From contig JAPLKZ010000010.1 in the NCBI GenBank assembly GCA_026387835.1, positions 30,001 through 62,000 on the forward strand: 32,000 nucleotides of DNA, read 5' to 3'. Source of the DNA: Candidatus Saganbacteria bacterium. Lineage in GTDB: Bacteria; Margulisbacteria; WOR-1; JAKLHX01. Below are positions 18,853 through 27,044 of the stretch, in pieces. The notes under the pieces were generated by a model, which was not told the origin of the DNA, searched no databases, and saw only the letters and a program-made list of their open reading frames with translations. The translations under genes were made by a program, and so were the position numbers. Every line of letters begins with the position of its first letter. Positions within the stretch are counted from its first letter, which is position 1.

Positions 18853-20565
18853 ATGAACAATACAAGGTTCCCTACAGCTTCGATGTATGACGCAAGACAT
18901 CTCATACAGGGAGCCACATCGGTGCGGCCCAGGCTTCCGTTAAGCGGGATCATCGAGTCTTCAACAAGGAGTTTCAGGCAGGTCGTCTTCAGACATGATA
19001 TTTTTCCGGAAAGATCCGCTGCTTTGGTCGCGGAAGTTGTCGGCAATCTTCAAAAAAATCTTCCGTTCGTCAACCTGTTGATCACACCCGGAAATACGAC
19101 CCTCGGTTTTATGGAAGCGCTTGCGGCAAAAAAGACAGTTAATTGGAACAAGGTCAGGTTCATCCACGGAGCCGAGATCCTCGGTGAAACCCCTGACAGC
19201 CCCCTCTCCCTTGCAAGTTTTGTGAACAGATATTTTATCGGCCTTATGGACCCGAAAAACAGAATAACCGAGATCATCGGGCCTGACCCGATCCATCCGA
19301 GCACTGAAGCATATGCTGCCCGGGTCAGGAAGATCGGAGGGATAGATATCGGCGTTCTCGGCTTGGCTGCTGACGGTGAGATAGTTTTTTGCCCGCAAGG
19401 AACTCTTTTCGACAACCCCGTCTCTGTCGTTAAGCTCAGCAGGGAAAAGATCATAAGCAAAGGTCTCGATGTGAAAGACCCGACGCTTGCCAACTGCTAT
19501 GCGATGTCTCTTGGGCTTGATTTTGTGTGGGCGATCAGACATCTGTTCATGCTTGCGACAACTCCCGAAAAAGCTTCAATAACAAGAACGACACTGTTCG
19601 GCCCTGTGGGTCCGGAAAATCCCGCCTCCATCTGCAGGATCCACCGCAAATGCACGTTCATCGCTGATGAACTTGCCGCCGGGGATCCGGCATCGATAAG
19701 CCATCAGGCCGAGAAATCAGCCAGAGTTATCTGCAGCTGCAAGTGGCCAAGCCTCGATATCAGGGAAAAAGACGGTGAAGAATTTATAGAAAAGATGGCC
19801 AGGTATCTTGAGACATGTGTCACACAAAAAGAAATGGAGCTGCTGCTTTTGTGTATAAAAGCACCCGTCACATCGCTGCACGAGCTTGACCGGCAGCTGC
19901 AGCCGGCGATTTTACGTTACTATATAGAATATTTTGATGAAATAAACAAGCGGGTGTCCGATAAGGGAGATCCTAAAACCCAAAGACTCCTTTTAAGGGA
20001 CCTGTTCCAAAGGGCCGTGACAGTGTATAAATTTAAAACGACCAGAGCTATGGTTTCTGAAAGAAAAGCTCTGCTTTCTTTGTTCCTGTTCATAAATCTT
20101 AGGTCGGGCCATAAATTGGGGTCGTCATTGCGAAGCGATGTATCTCTTGACCTTCTTTTTAATGAGATCATTTCCAGCTCGGATCCGACAATCTTCAAAC
20201 CAGCGCTCGAGATAGCTGTCGAATTCCTTGCGAGTGGAGAAGAAAGTCATAATACCATTTTTTTCCAATGGCTGACGGATTTTCTGGATAAATCCGAACA
20301 CCTGCCAAGGTTTTCAAGGGCTCTGATAGATCTTTTATCGCGCGCATCAGCTGGAGAAGTCGTCCTTTTTGAAATGAAGGACAAAGATGTGTTCTTTTCC
20401 ACCGCCAAGATCGTCGTGGCAAAGATCGTACACAGGTCTGCGAGACTGACCGAAGAATTTAAGCAGTATTCCGCAATGATGACCCGTTCGATGCAGGGAA
20501 CGAATATCCCGCAGATAATCAAGGAAGTGTGGGCTGAGATAGGCAGGCTGAACGGGGGGAAATGA
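18853..20565 (+). CDS. NagB/6-phosphogluconolactonase-fold-like protein with about 280-aa uncharacterised C-terminal extension
   Basis: LLITPGNTTLGFMEALAA; NWNKVRFIHGAEIL; IHPSTEAYAARVRKIGGIDIGVLGLAADGEIVFCPQGTLFD; HRKCTFIADELAA: pattern of glucosamine-6-phosphate deaminases, catalytic residues altered. Confidence 0.65.
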   Translation: MNNTRFPTASMYDARHLIQGATSVRPRLPLSGIIESSTRSFRQVVFRHDIFPERSAALVAEVVGNLQKNLPFVNLLITPGNTTLGFMEALAAKKTVNWNKVRFIHGAEILGETPDSPLSLASFVNRYFIGLMDPKNRITEIIGPDPIHPSTEAYAARVRKIGGIDIGVLGLAADGEIVFCPQGTLFDNPVSVVKLSREKIISKGLDVKDPTLANCYAMSLGLDFVWAIRHLFMLATTPEKASITRTTLFGPVGPENPASICRIHRKCTFIADELAAGDPASISHQAEKSARVICSCKWPSLDIREKDGEEFIEKMARYLETCVTQKEMELLLLCIKAPVTSLHELDRQLQPAILRYYIEYFDEINKRVSDKGDPKTQRLLLRDLFQRAVTVYKFKTTRAMVSERKALLSLFLFINLRSGHKLGSSLRSDVSLDLLFNEIISSSDPTIFKPALEIAVEFLASGEESHNTIFFQWLTDFLDKSEHLPRFSRALIDLLSRASAGEVVLFEMKDKDVFFSTAKIVVAKIVHRSARLTEEFKQYSAMMTRSMQGTNIPQIIKEVWAEIGRLNGGK

Positions 20566-20683
20566 TAATTGGTATTATGATCAATTAATTATCCAATAAT
20601 TTCAAAAATGTGTGAAATTTCCGGAAATCTTTACCGATAATTATATAGGAAGATAATTTAATCAGCAAAGGAGAAAGAGTGAA

Positions 20684-21889
20684 ATGTCTACAGCGAGATT
20701 GACCCCAGTCCAGCAGCATTTATCCGATATCATTGGAAAGACCGCAAGGAGAAGCACATCAACGATCGCGCGGGGACCTATGGAACATGATATTTTCGGA
20801 AGAAGGCTTAATTTACAAGGCCAGTTTGTTGAGACAAGCGACAGCTCAGCAAGGCTTAACACTGCAGCTTTGGATCTATCAGCTGCACTCAAATCGAACA
20901 CCGGGGGTATTGAGACTGCTCTTAAAGGTGAAGTAATGTACTATGATGTACGGTCAAAGACACTGAGACAGCAGCCTGCTCTTGCCGCGCTTATGGCATT
21001 AGCTTATGCAAAGGAACTTCAGGTCAGGAGCGGAAAGCCGGACGGGCATGTCATCAATGTCGCCGTCGATTGCTATGCGAAACATTATGACATGATGTCT
21101 GTGTTCGCAGATACGATAGCCAGGTCCGAAGCAGTTCAGAACGGCGGGGGCGTCATATTTTGGGGGGTCCAGAACGGCGGCTCTATAAGGAACGTCGCGG
21201 AATTCCAATCGGCAGCGAACTTGGCCGGAGGCAATTGGATTTACGGAACAGTTAGCCATTTGGCTAAACCCGAAATTGCCGGAACAAAGCTCGGCATGCT
21301 TGGAAAAGTATTTTGCGGTACAGATCTTATGAAAGATCTTTATGCCAGGCTGACGACAGGCGATTTTGCCGCGCTCAGAGCAGTGGAAAATGCCGCAGAT
21401 AACTTCATCACGGTCGGTGACATGACCGCCCATAATCTTGCGGTAGCCGAAGACATGATCCGCGCAAGGACAGGCGCGACTTGCCCGACAGATGAACTTT
21501 TGGCAGGGTTAAGGATCGGGACTGATATCTGCCACAGTCCTCTCGGTCTGAATTTTTATCTCATGGCAAGTCATTTTGGAGCCGATGTACGCACATTAAA
21601 TGAAAACCTTAGCCCTGATTTCAGTGTGGCTGATATTACCGATCCAAATGAACATGAAACACCTAAGATGGCCGAATTCCGGACCAGGACATATGACAGA
21701 CGCACATGGGGCATCCTTGACCCTGATGCCGACAGAGGTACTTTTATCGCTTTGAACGCGAACGGGGTACCGGTTTCTTTAACGGGAACACATCTTTTAA
21801 AGCTGACAGCATACAATTGGGCGACCCATAACCCTCAGGGCCTGGACAAAGGACCGGATTGGCGATCCAGCTGCTCGTGGAAGCATTGA
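20684..21889 (+). CDS. Divergent phosphohexomutase-like protein, N-terminal portion (frame broken near 21.86 kb)
   Basis: WIYGTVSHLAKPEIAGTKLG resembles the TASHNPxxxNGxK phosphoserine loop; WGILDPDADRGTFIALN matches the DxDxDR metal loop; VSLTGTHLLKL follows as expected. Confidence 0.65.
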   Translation: MSTARLTPVQQHLSDIIGKTARRSTSTIARGPMEHDIFGRRLNLQGQFVETSDSSARLNTAALDLSAALKSNTGGIETALKGEVMYYDVRSKTLRQQPALAALMALAYAKELQVRSGKPDGHVINVAVDCYAKHYDMMSVFADTIARSEAVQNGGGVIFWGVQNGGSIRNVAEFQSAANLAGGNWIYGTVSHLAKPEIAGTKLGMLGKVFCGTDLMKDLYARLTTGDFAALRAVENAADNFITVGDMTAHNLAVAEDMIRARTGATCPTDELLAGLRIGTDICHSPLGLNFYLMASHFGADVRTLNENLSPDFSVADITDPNEHETPKMAEFRTRTYDRRTWGILDPDADRGTFIALNANGVPVSLTGTHLLKLTAYNWATHNPQGLDKGPDWRSSCSWKH

Positions 21890-22533
21890 ACGCAAAAGGT
21901 CACAAGATCGGGTTGATAGATGCTGAACCGGGATATCCGTTCTTCATGCGCGCGATGGGAGAGACCACTGCCGCGGCAGCCGTTGAAAATACTTGTCATT
22001 TTTTCTTGGCTCCTAATACAAATCCGCTGTTTGGAGCCCCGATTTCATACCCGGGTGTCCAGGGAGGAGACGATGCGGCGCTGGCGCTTATATATTTATT
22101 GGCAGCCGCTAAACATCAATGGCAGGGCAGAAACCCTGTACAGCAATTGGATTGGATGAGACAGGAATTCGGTATACCTCCTACAATAATCAGGGAATTC
22201 AAGCCGGGTCTTCCGCAGGAATACGCTTTGAAAAAATATGATGTCGCGGAAGCGATGAAGACTTATGTAAAAAAAGAACTGGAACCGACCAGAAACTATA
22301 AAGTAGATTACATGGTTAGTGGAGTCGGAGTGCAGAGCCTCAAGACAAAAGCAACGGTACTGGTCAGGTTCTCAAATACGGGCCCCACCTTTACCACATC
22401 GGGAGAAGCACTGTCCCGGGAAGATTCTGATCAGGCATTCAAACTCGGCGCATCTATTATGGAAAAAGGAGTAAAAGCAGCCGGGGTTGAAAATGTATTT
22501 CTATGGAAGGATCTGGCTCCTTTTAAGCCGTAA
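21859..22533 (+). CDS. C-terminal portion of the same divergent phosphohexomutase-like protein, frame -1
   Basis: IQLLVEALNAKGHKIGLIDAEPGYPFFMRAM and ATVLVRFSNTGPTFTTSGEAL (cf. the RxSGTEPxxRxYxE phosphate-binding loop). The coding continues from the preceding ORF with a one-nucleotide frame change. Confidence 0.6.
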   Translation: MAIQLLVEALNAKGHKIGLIDAEPGYPFFMRAMGETTAAAAVENTCHFFLAPNTNPLFGAPISYPGVQGGDDAALALIYLLAAAKHQWQGRNPVQQLDWMRQEFGIPPTIIREFKPGLPQEYALKKYDVAEAMKTYVKKELEPTRNYKVDYMVSGVGVQSLKTKATVLVRFSNTGPTFTTSGEALSREDSDQAFKLGASIMEKGVKAAGVENVFLWKDLAPFKP

Positions 22534-22555
22534 ATATCAATTGCTTGTTGTTCGC

Positions 22556-22623
22556 GTGGGAATCCACCCTCTCTTCCCGATCTGATCGGGACGATACCCA
22601 CCAAATGGATTCCCACTTTTTTT
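22556..22623 (+). terminator. Strong nested stem-loop with T-run, likely rho-independent terminator
   Basis: GTGGGAATCCA (22556-22566) pairs perfectly with TGGATTCCCAC (22606-22616), followed by TTTTTTT; inner TCCCGATC-T-GATCGGGA (22575-22591). Confidence 0.75.
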
Positions 22624-22662
22624 AACTTTGCCTTTCCCGTCATTTCTGCTATCATATTACCT

Positions 22663-23613
22663 ATGAAATTCCTTGTGTACGGGGCCGGCTCGATAGGCTG
22701 CGTGTTCGGCGGCTTCCTGGCGAAAGCCGGCGAAGAAGTCGTGCTTCTTGGCAGGCCGGGCCATATCGAGATCATGAAAGCGAAAGGCCTTGATATCACC
22801 GGCATCTGGGGAGACCATCACGTTCCGGGAATACTGGGATACACGAACAGCGCCGACCTTAAAGAGGACCACGCTAATACTTTTGATCTCGTCCTTTTGA
22901 CCGTAAAATCCTATGATACAGTTGCCGCCATGGCGGATATCAGGAATATCGCCAGTGAGAACACTTATGTCCTCTCCCTGCAGAACGGCATCGGGAACGT
23001 GGAGTCGATAGCAAAAATAATAGGCCCGGAAATGACCCTCGGCGGCCGGGTCATATTCGGCGCAGAGTTCGTTGCTCCGGGTTCGGTAAAAGTGACCGTC
23101 AGCGCGGAAGACGTGGCAATAGGGAGGATAAGCCTGAAGACACCGAAAGAACCGGTAGAAGAGATGGCTAATCTGTTCACGCTTTCCGGTATTAAAACGA
23201 TCGCGACAGATGAGATCCAAAAATATATATGGGGAAAAGTCCTTTATAATTGCGCCCTTAACGCTCTCGCTACCCTTCTGGGAATAAACTACGGAGCCTT
23301 GATCGAAACAGAGTACACGCGTGACATCATGAGGCGTATCGTCGCCGAGATCTACGCCGTCGCGCAGAAGAAGGGCATTGAGCTCGAGCTGAAGACAAAG
23401 GAAGAATATATCAAGATACTGTTTAACCGCCTGATCCCCATGACGTCTTCTCATAAACCTTCGATGCTGAGGGATATAGAAAAGATAAAAAAGACGGAGA
23501 TCGATTATCTCAACGGGATGATCGTCCAAATGGGGAAAGATATCGGGATCCATGCTCCGACAAACCAGTTTTTGACGGAACTTATCAAATTCAAAGAATT
23601 AAAACACCAATGA
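22663..23613 (+). CDS. panE: 2-dehydropantoate 2-reductase family protein
   Basis: MKFLVYGAGSIGCVFGGFLAKAGEEVVLLGR; LLTVKSYDT; LQNGIGN; KVLYNCALNALATLLG; PSMLRDIEKIKKTEIDYLNGMIV. Confidence 0.9.
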   Translation: MKFLVYGAGSIGCVFGGFLAKAGEEVVLLGRPGHIEIMKAKGLDITGIWGDHHVPGILGYTNSADLKEDHANTFDLVLLTVKSYDTVAAMADIRNIASENTYVLSLQNGIGNVESIAKIIGPEMTLGGRVIFGAEFVAPGSVKVTVSAEDVAIGRISLKTPKEPVEEMANLFTLSGIKTIATDEIQKYIWGKVLYNCALNALATLLGINYGALIETEYTRDIMRRIVAEIYAVAQKKGIELELKTKEEYIKILFNRLIPMTSSHKPSMLRDIEKIKKTEIDYLNGMIVQMGKDIGIHAPTNQFLTELIKFKELKHQ

Positions 23614-24866
23614 CCGATCTTATTAAAAGCTCCCTGATAAATTTCGGCGCTGATTTTGCCGACGTCTTCACAGAGGAAGTTTCATCCACATCCATAGTCA
23701 TCGAGGACGCCAGGATCGACAAGCTGATCGCCGGAAGTTACTCGGGAAAAGGCATCCGTGCCATGAAAGGCCTTGAGGTGGACTATGAATATTACTCTCA
23801 AAAAGAGACCGCGCCCGAAAAACCCGACATCCCGATAGATAAGAAGATCGCCCTTGTCGAAAAAGCGGACCGTGCTGCAAGAAAGATAAGCCCTCTGATC
23901 AGGCAGGTGTCGATCAGCTACGGCGACACCGTTCAGAAAGTCACCTGTTCAAATTCTCTCGGGATACATGCTAAAGGGACAAGGATAAGGACCAGGTTCG
24001 TAGTGAGCGTTATTGCCAGCAATAATGGGGTTTTGCAGACCGGATACGAGACAGCCGGCGCGAGCACGGGCTTTGAGCTTTTTGAAAAAGTAGACGTTGA
24101 AAAGATGGGGGTAATAGCCGCCGAAAGGGCTGTCATGATGCTTGGAGCATCTGCCGCGCCTTCCGGGAAAATGGCTGTAATCATAATGAGCGAAGCTGGC
24201 GGGACTCTGATTCATGAAGCATGCGGCCACGGGCTTGAAGCGGATTTCATTGTAAAGAATACAAGCGTCTACGGCGGAAAGACCGGACAAAAGGTCGCTT
24301 CAGAACTTATAACAGTTATAGACGACGCGACTATTCCGGGAGCTTACGGTTCTTTTGAATTCGATGACGAAGGTACTCCTTCACAGAAAAAGATCCTCAT
24401 AGAGAACGGCATCCTGAAGGGTTTTATGAGCGATATCTATAATTCGAGAATATTAAATATCGGATCCTCCGGGAACGGAAGGCGCGAGGACTTTCAGCAA
24501 AAACCCCAGCCCAGGATGACGAATACTTATATCGAAAGGGGCAATTCCGATCCCGGAGAGATCATCAGCTCTGTAAAGAACGGTCTGCTCGTCAAAAAGC
24601 TCGGCGGAGGCCAGGTCAACGTGACCAACGGTGATTTTGTATTCGAAGTCCAGGAAGGTTACGTTATAGAGAACGGTAAAATAAAAAGGTCTGTCCGCGG
24701 TGCTACTCTTATCGGTAATGGCCCAAAGATACTTGCGGAAATAGATATGGTCGGCAGCGACCTTCATTTCATCATCGGGACCTGCGGAAAGGGAGATCAC
24801 GCTCCTGTATCAGACGCGATGCCTACGGTAAGGGTACCTGAGATAGTGGTTGGTGGGAGAGCTTAA
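23610..24866 (+). CDS. tldD: TldD/PmbA family metalloprotease (TldD-like)
   Basis: GTLIHEACGHGLEADFIV (HExxxH), DEGTPSQKKILIENGILKGFMSD, GNGRREDFQQKPQPRMTNTYIERG. Confidence 0.9.
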   Translation: MTDLIKSSLINFGADFADVFTEEVSSTSIVIEDARIDKLIAGSYSGKGIRAMKGLEVDYEYYSQKETAPEKPDIPIDKKIALVEKADRAARKISPLIRQVSISYGDTVQKVTCSNSLGIHAKGTRIRTRFVVSVIASNNGVLQTGYETAGASTGFELFEKVDVEKMGVIAAERAVMMLGASAAPSGKMAVIIMSEAGGTLIHEACGHGLEADFIVKNTSVYGGKTGQKVASELITVIDDATIPGAYGSFEFDDEGTPSQKKILIENGILKGFMSDIYNSRILNIGSSGNGRREDFQQKPQPRMTNTYIERGNSDPGEIISSVKNGLLVKKLGGGQVNVTNGDFVFEVQEGYVIENGKIKRSVRGATLIGNGPKILAEIDMVGSDLHFIIGTCGKGDHAPVSDAMPTVRVPEIVVGGRA

Positions 24867-25036
24867 ATATTCCCTTTCCTGACTTTGGCGGCAAATTCTT
24901 TGCTTTTTTGCGGCATAAAATAATACAGAAATCTGTTGAGCTTTTCAAGCCCTTCTAATTTTTGTTGAGGCGATAACCGTTCGAATATTTTTTTTCTCTC
25001 AGCCGAAGAATCCGTTGTTTTCTTTTCTGTTTTCAT
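24863..25036 (-). CDS. Small hypothetical protein (57 aa) translationally coupled to the upstream nucleotidyltransferase; not in the supplied ORF track
   Basis: Reverse strand reads MKTEKKTTDSSAERKKIFERLSPQQKLEGLEKLNRFLYYFMPQKSKEFAAKVRKGNI*. Its ATG overlaps the upstream ORF's TGA as ATGA. Confidence 0.65.
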   Translation of the reverse strand: MKTEKKTTDSSAERKKIFERLSPQQKLEGLEKLNRFLYYFMPQKSKEFAAKVRKGNI

Positions 25037-25545
25037 TTCATTTTCATTCTTTGTTTAAGAAGTTTGATATCTTCCATGTCTTTTTTTCTGCCTGCGATCT
25101 TTTTAAGTTCTATCAGTTCGTCGATACCTACAACAGACACATTTATTCCCCATGCCTCTATCACTATTCTTTTCTTGTATGCTTTCTTAAATGAAATATA
25201 GTTTTCTGTCATTACATCAATATTGATATACGGATTGTCTATATCAATAAATGAAAATACCAGCATCCCCTTTTCCTTCTGCCATTTTTTCACCTTATAC
25301 GGGTCAGCAAGATCTTCCGGATTAACAGGAACTTTGGGTTTTAGCTTGAGTAGCTTCATCACTGAAATGAACTTCAGCAGGTTCCCTCTGTCCATTGAGA
25401 GCATAATATCCATGTCCCCTGTAACTCGCTCAACCCCGTGAAGATTAACCGCGATCCCGCCGATAATAAGGTACTTGACTTTCTTTTTCTCTAATTCTTC
25501 AAAAATATCTTCATAGTATAATTGTCTGTTTTTAGGTTCTCTCAT
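25033..25545 (-). CDS. AbiEii-like / DUF6036-like nucleotidyltransferase-fold protein
   Basis: KKVKYLIIGGIAVNLHGVERVTGDMDIMLSMD is a minimal nucleotidyltransferase GG..D.D motif; YKKAYKKRIVIEAWGINVSVVGIDELIELKKIAGRKKDMEDIKLLK. Likely starts at MREPKNRQ rather than at 25611. Confidence 0.8.
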   Translation of the reverse strand: MREPKNRQLYYEDIFEELEKKKVKYLIIGGIAVNLHGVERVTGDMDIMLSMDRGNLLKFISVMKLLKLKPKVPVNPEDLADPYKVKKWQKEKGMLVFSFIDIDNPYINIDVMTENYISFKKAYKKRIVIEAWGINVSVVGIDELIELKKIAGRKKDMEDIKLLKQRMKMK

Positions 25546-26405
25546 ATTTTCTCTGTTATCCGTTTGACTGTTTCCGCATCGTTCATCGTCATGAAGTGAA
25601 CGCCGTCGCATAAAGATTTAAGTTCTTTTATCGTCTCGACCGCGATATCCAGGCCTTCTTTGACCGGATCTTTAGCGGCTTTCATCCTTTTCAGGACCTT
25701 CTCCCCCACTTTCACCCCGGGAACTTTCTGGTCCATAAAGACCGCTGCCGATAAAGATTTTAAAGGGAATATGCCGAGCAGAAGTTTTGCCTTGAGACGG
25801 CCCGCCTTGTCGCGGAACTTTTTGAACAGGTCTGTGTCAAAGACCACCTGTGTCTGGATGAATTCGGCGCCCGCATCTATTTTTTTTCTCAGTTTCATTA
25901 TTTGAAGGTCCATCTGCTCGCTGTTCGGATTGACCACGCAGCCTGTGGTAAGATCGGCTTTGCCCGACAGACCGTTACCGTGAAGATCTTTCCCGCCGCT
26001 AATTTTTTTAATAAGATCTATCAACTGGACCGAATCCACTTCGAACACGGGCTTCGCGAGGACTTTCCCATCCTTGACGGGATAATCTCCGGTGATGGCC
26101 AGGATATTTTTAATGCCGAGCGCTGCCGCCGCGAGTATATCAGATGAAAGCCCCATGCTGTTGCGGTCGCGGCAGGACATCTGATATACCGCATCGACAC
26201 CTTCGCTTACAAGCTTGTGGCAGAGGACAATGGGGTTCATCCTCATCACCGCCCTCTGGTTGTCGGTCACGTTTATCGCGTGTACCGTGTCTTTAAGCTG
26301 CCTGGCTTTTTCCAGAGCGGGGATTATATCGCTTCCCCTGGGTGGGAATATCTCCGCAGTCAATATGAATTCATTGTTATCTATGGCTTTTCTTAAGGTG
26401 TTCAT
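25542..26405 (-). CDS. metF: Methylenetetrahydrofolate reductase
   Basis: FILTAEIFPPRGSD, HAINVTDNQRAVMRMNP, YQMSCRDRN, LAITGDYP, FIQTQVVFD, LLLGIFPLKS. MNTLRKAI preferred over the listed GTG start. Confidence 0.93.
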   Translation of the reverse strand: MNTLRKAIDNNEFILTAEIFPPRGSDIIPALEKARQLKDTVHAINVTDNQRAVMRMNPIVLCHKLVSEGVDAVYQMSCRDRNSMGLSSDILAAAALGIKNILAITGDYPVKDGKVLAKPVFEVDSVQLIDLIKKISGGKDLHGNGLSGKADLTTGCVVNPNSEQMDLQIMKLRKKIDAGAEFIQTQVVFDTDLFKKFRDKAGRLKAKLLLGIFPLKSLSAAVFMDQKVPGVKVGEKVLKRMKAAKDPVKEGLDIAVETIKELKSLCDGVHFMTMNDAETVKRITEKI

Positions 26406-27043
26406 TTTTCGACTTTTCTCGGCCGCAGCGCTGCGGACCAGTCTTTTACCGGCCGGAAATCCCTGATGTCCGAAACGGAATTTATCTGCTTCAGCCTCTC
26501 TTCGATGATCGCCCACGCGCAGTCGTTTTCCTTGTTGACCTCGCATTTGCCCTCTACGGAACCGCCGCACGGGCCGTTCAGGGTGTTTTTAGCGCATCGT
26601 GTTATAAGGCAGATGCCGCCCGTCTTGTCCAGCTGGCAGTCCCCGCAGGTGGTGCACATCTCGTAGAATTTTCCCGCGCGCTCCACTCTTGCCAGGAACA
26701 TGGAATTGAGAGCGGGAAAAGTTTTTTTGCCGATCAGGTCGGCTATCGTCTGGGACCCCGCCCCGCATGACATGACAAGAAAAGTGTCGGCTTCGTCCAT
26801 TTCTTTACGCAGGTCTTTGAGATCTTTTTTGCACAGCCGCTCGTCGCAGGTCGATTCTATTACTTTTGTCCCGGTAACGCGCTTTCCGGCTTTTTCAAGG
26901 GCCTTTTTCATCTCCCTGACCTGTTCTTCGCCGCCGGTATTTGTTGTCGTGGCGCACGAGCCGCAGCCCGCAATAAAAATGCTTTTGCTCTCTTTGAGCA
27001 TCCCAAGTATTTCTTCGATCTTCTTTTGTTCTGTTACGATCAT
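26402..27043 (-). CDS. metV: MetV-type zinc/cysteine-rich partner of MetF (methylenetetrahydrofolate reductase C-terminal-like)
   Basis: FIAGCGSCATTTNTGGEEQVREMKKALEKAG; CTTCGDCQLDKTGGICLITRCAKNTLNGPCGGSVEGKCEVNKENDCAW. Confidence 0.88.
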   Translation of the reverse strand: MIVTEQKKIEEILGMLKESKSIFIAGCGSCATTTNTGGEEQVREMKKALEKAGKRVTGTKVIESTCDERLCKKDLKDLRKEMDEADTFLVMSCGAGSQTIADLIGKKTFPALNSMFLARVERAGKFYEMCTTCGDCQLDKTGGICLITRCAKNTLNGPCGGSVEGKCEVNKENDCAWAIIEERLKQINSVSDIRDFRPVKDWSAALRPRKVEK

Positions 27044-27044
27044 A

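Noticed and set aside
21845-21890. Programmed -1 frameshift in the phosphohexomutase-like gene
   Set aside because: No X XXY YYZ heptamer in phase near the overlap; a one-nucleotide deletion or sequence error is simpler, though not proven.
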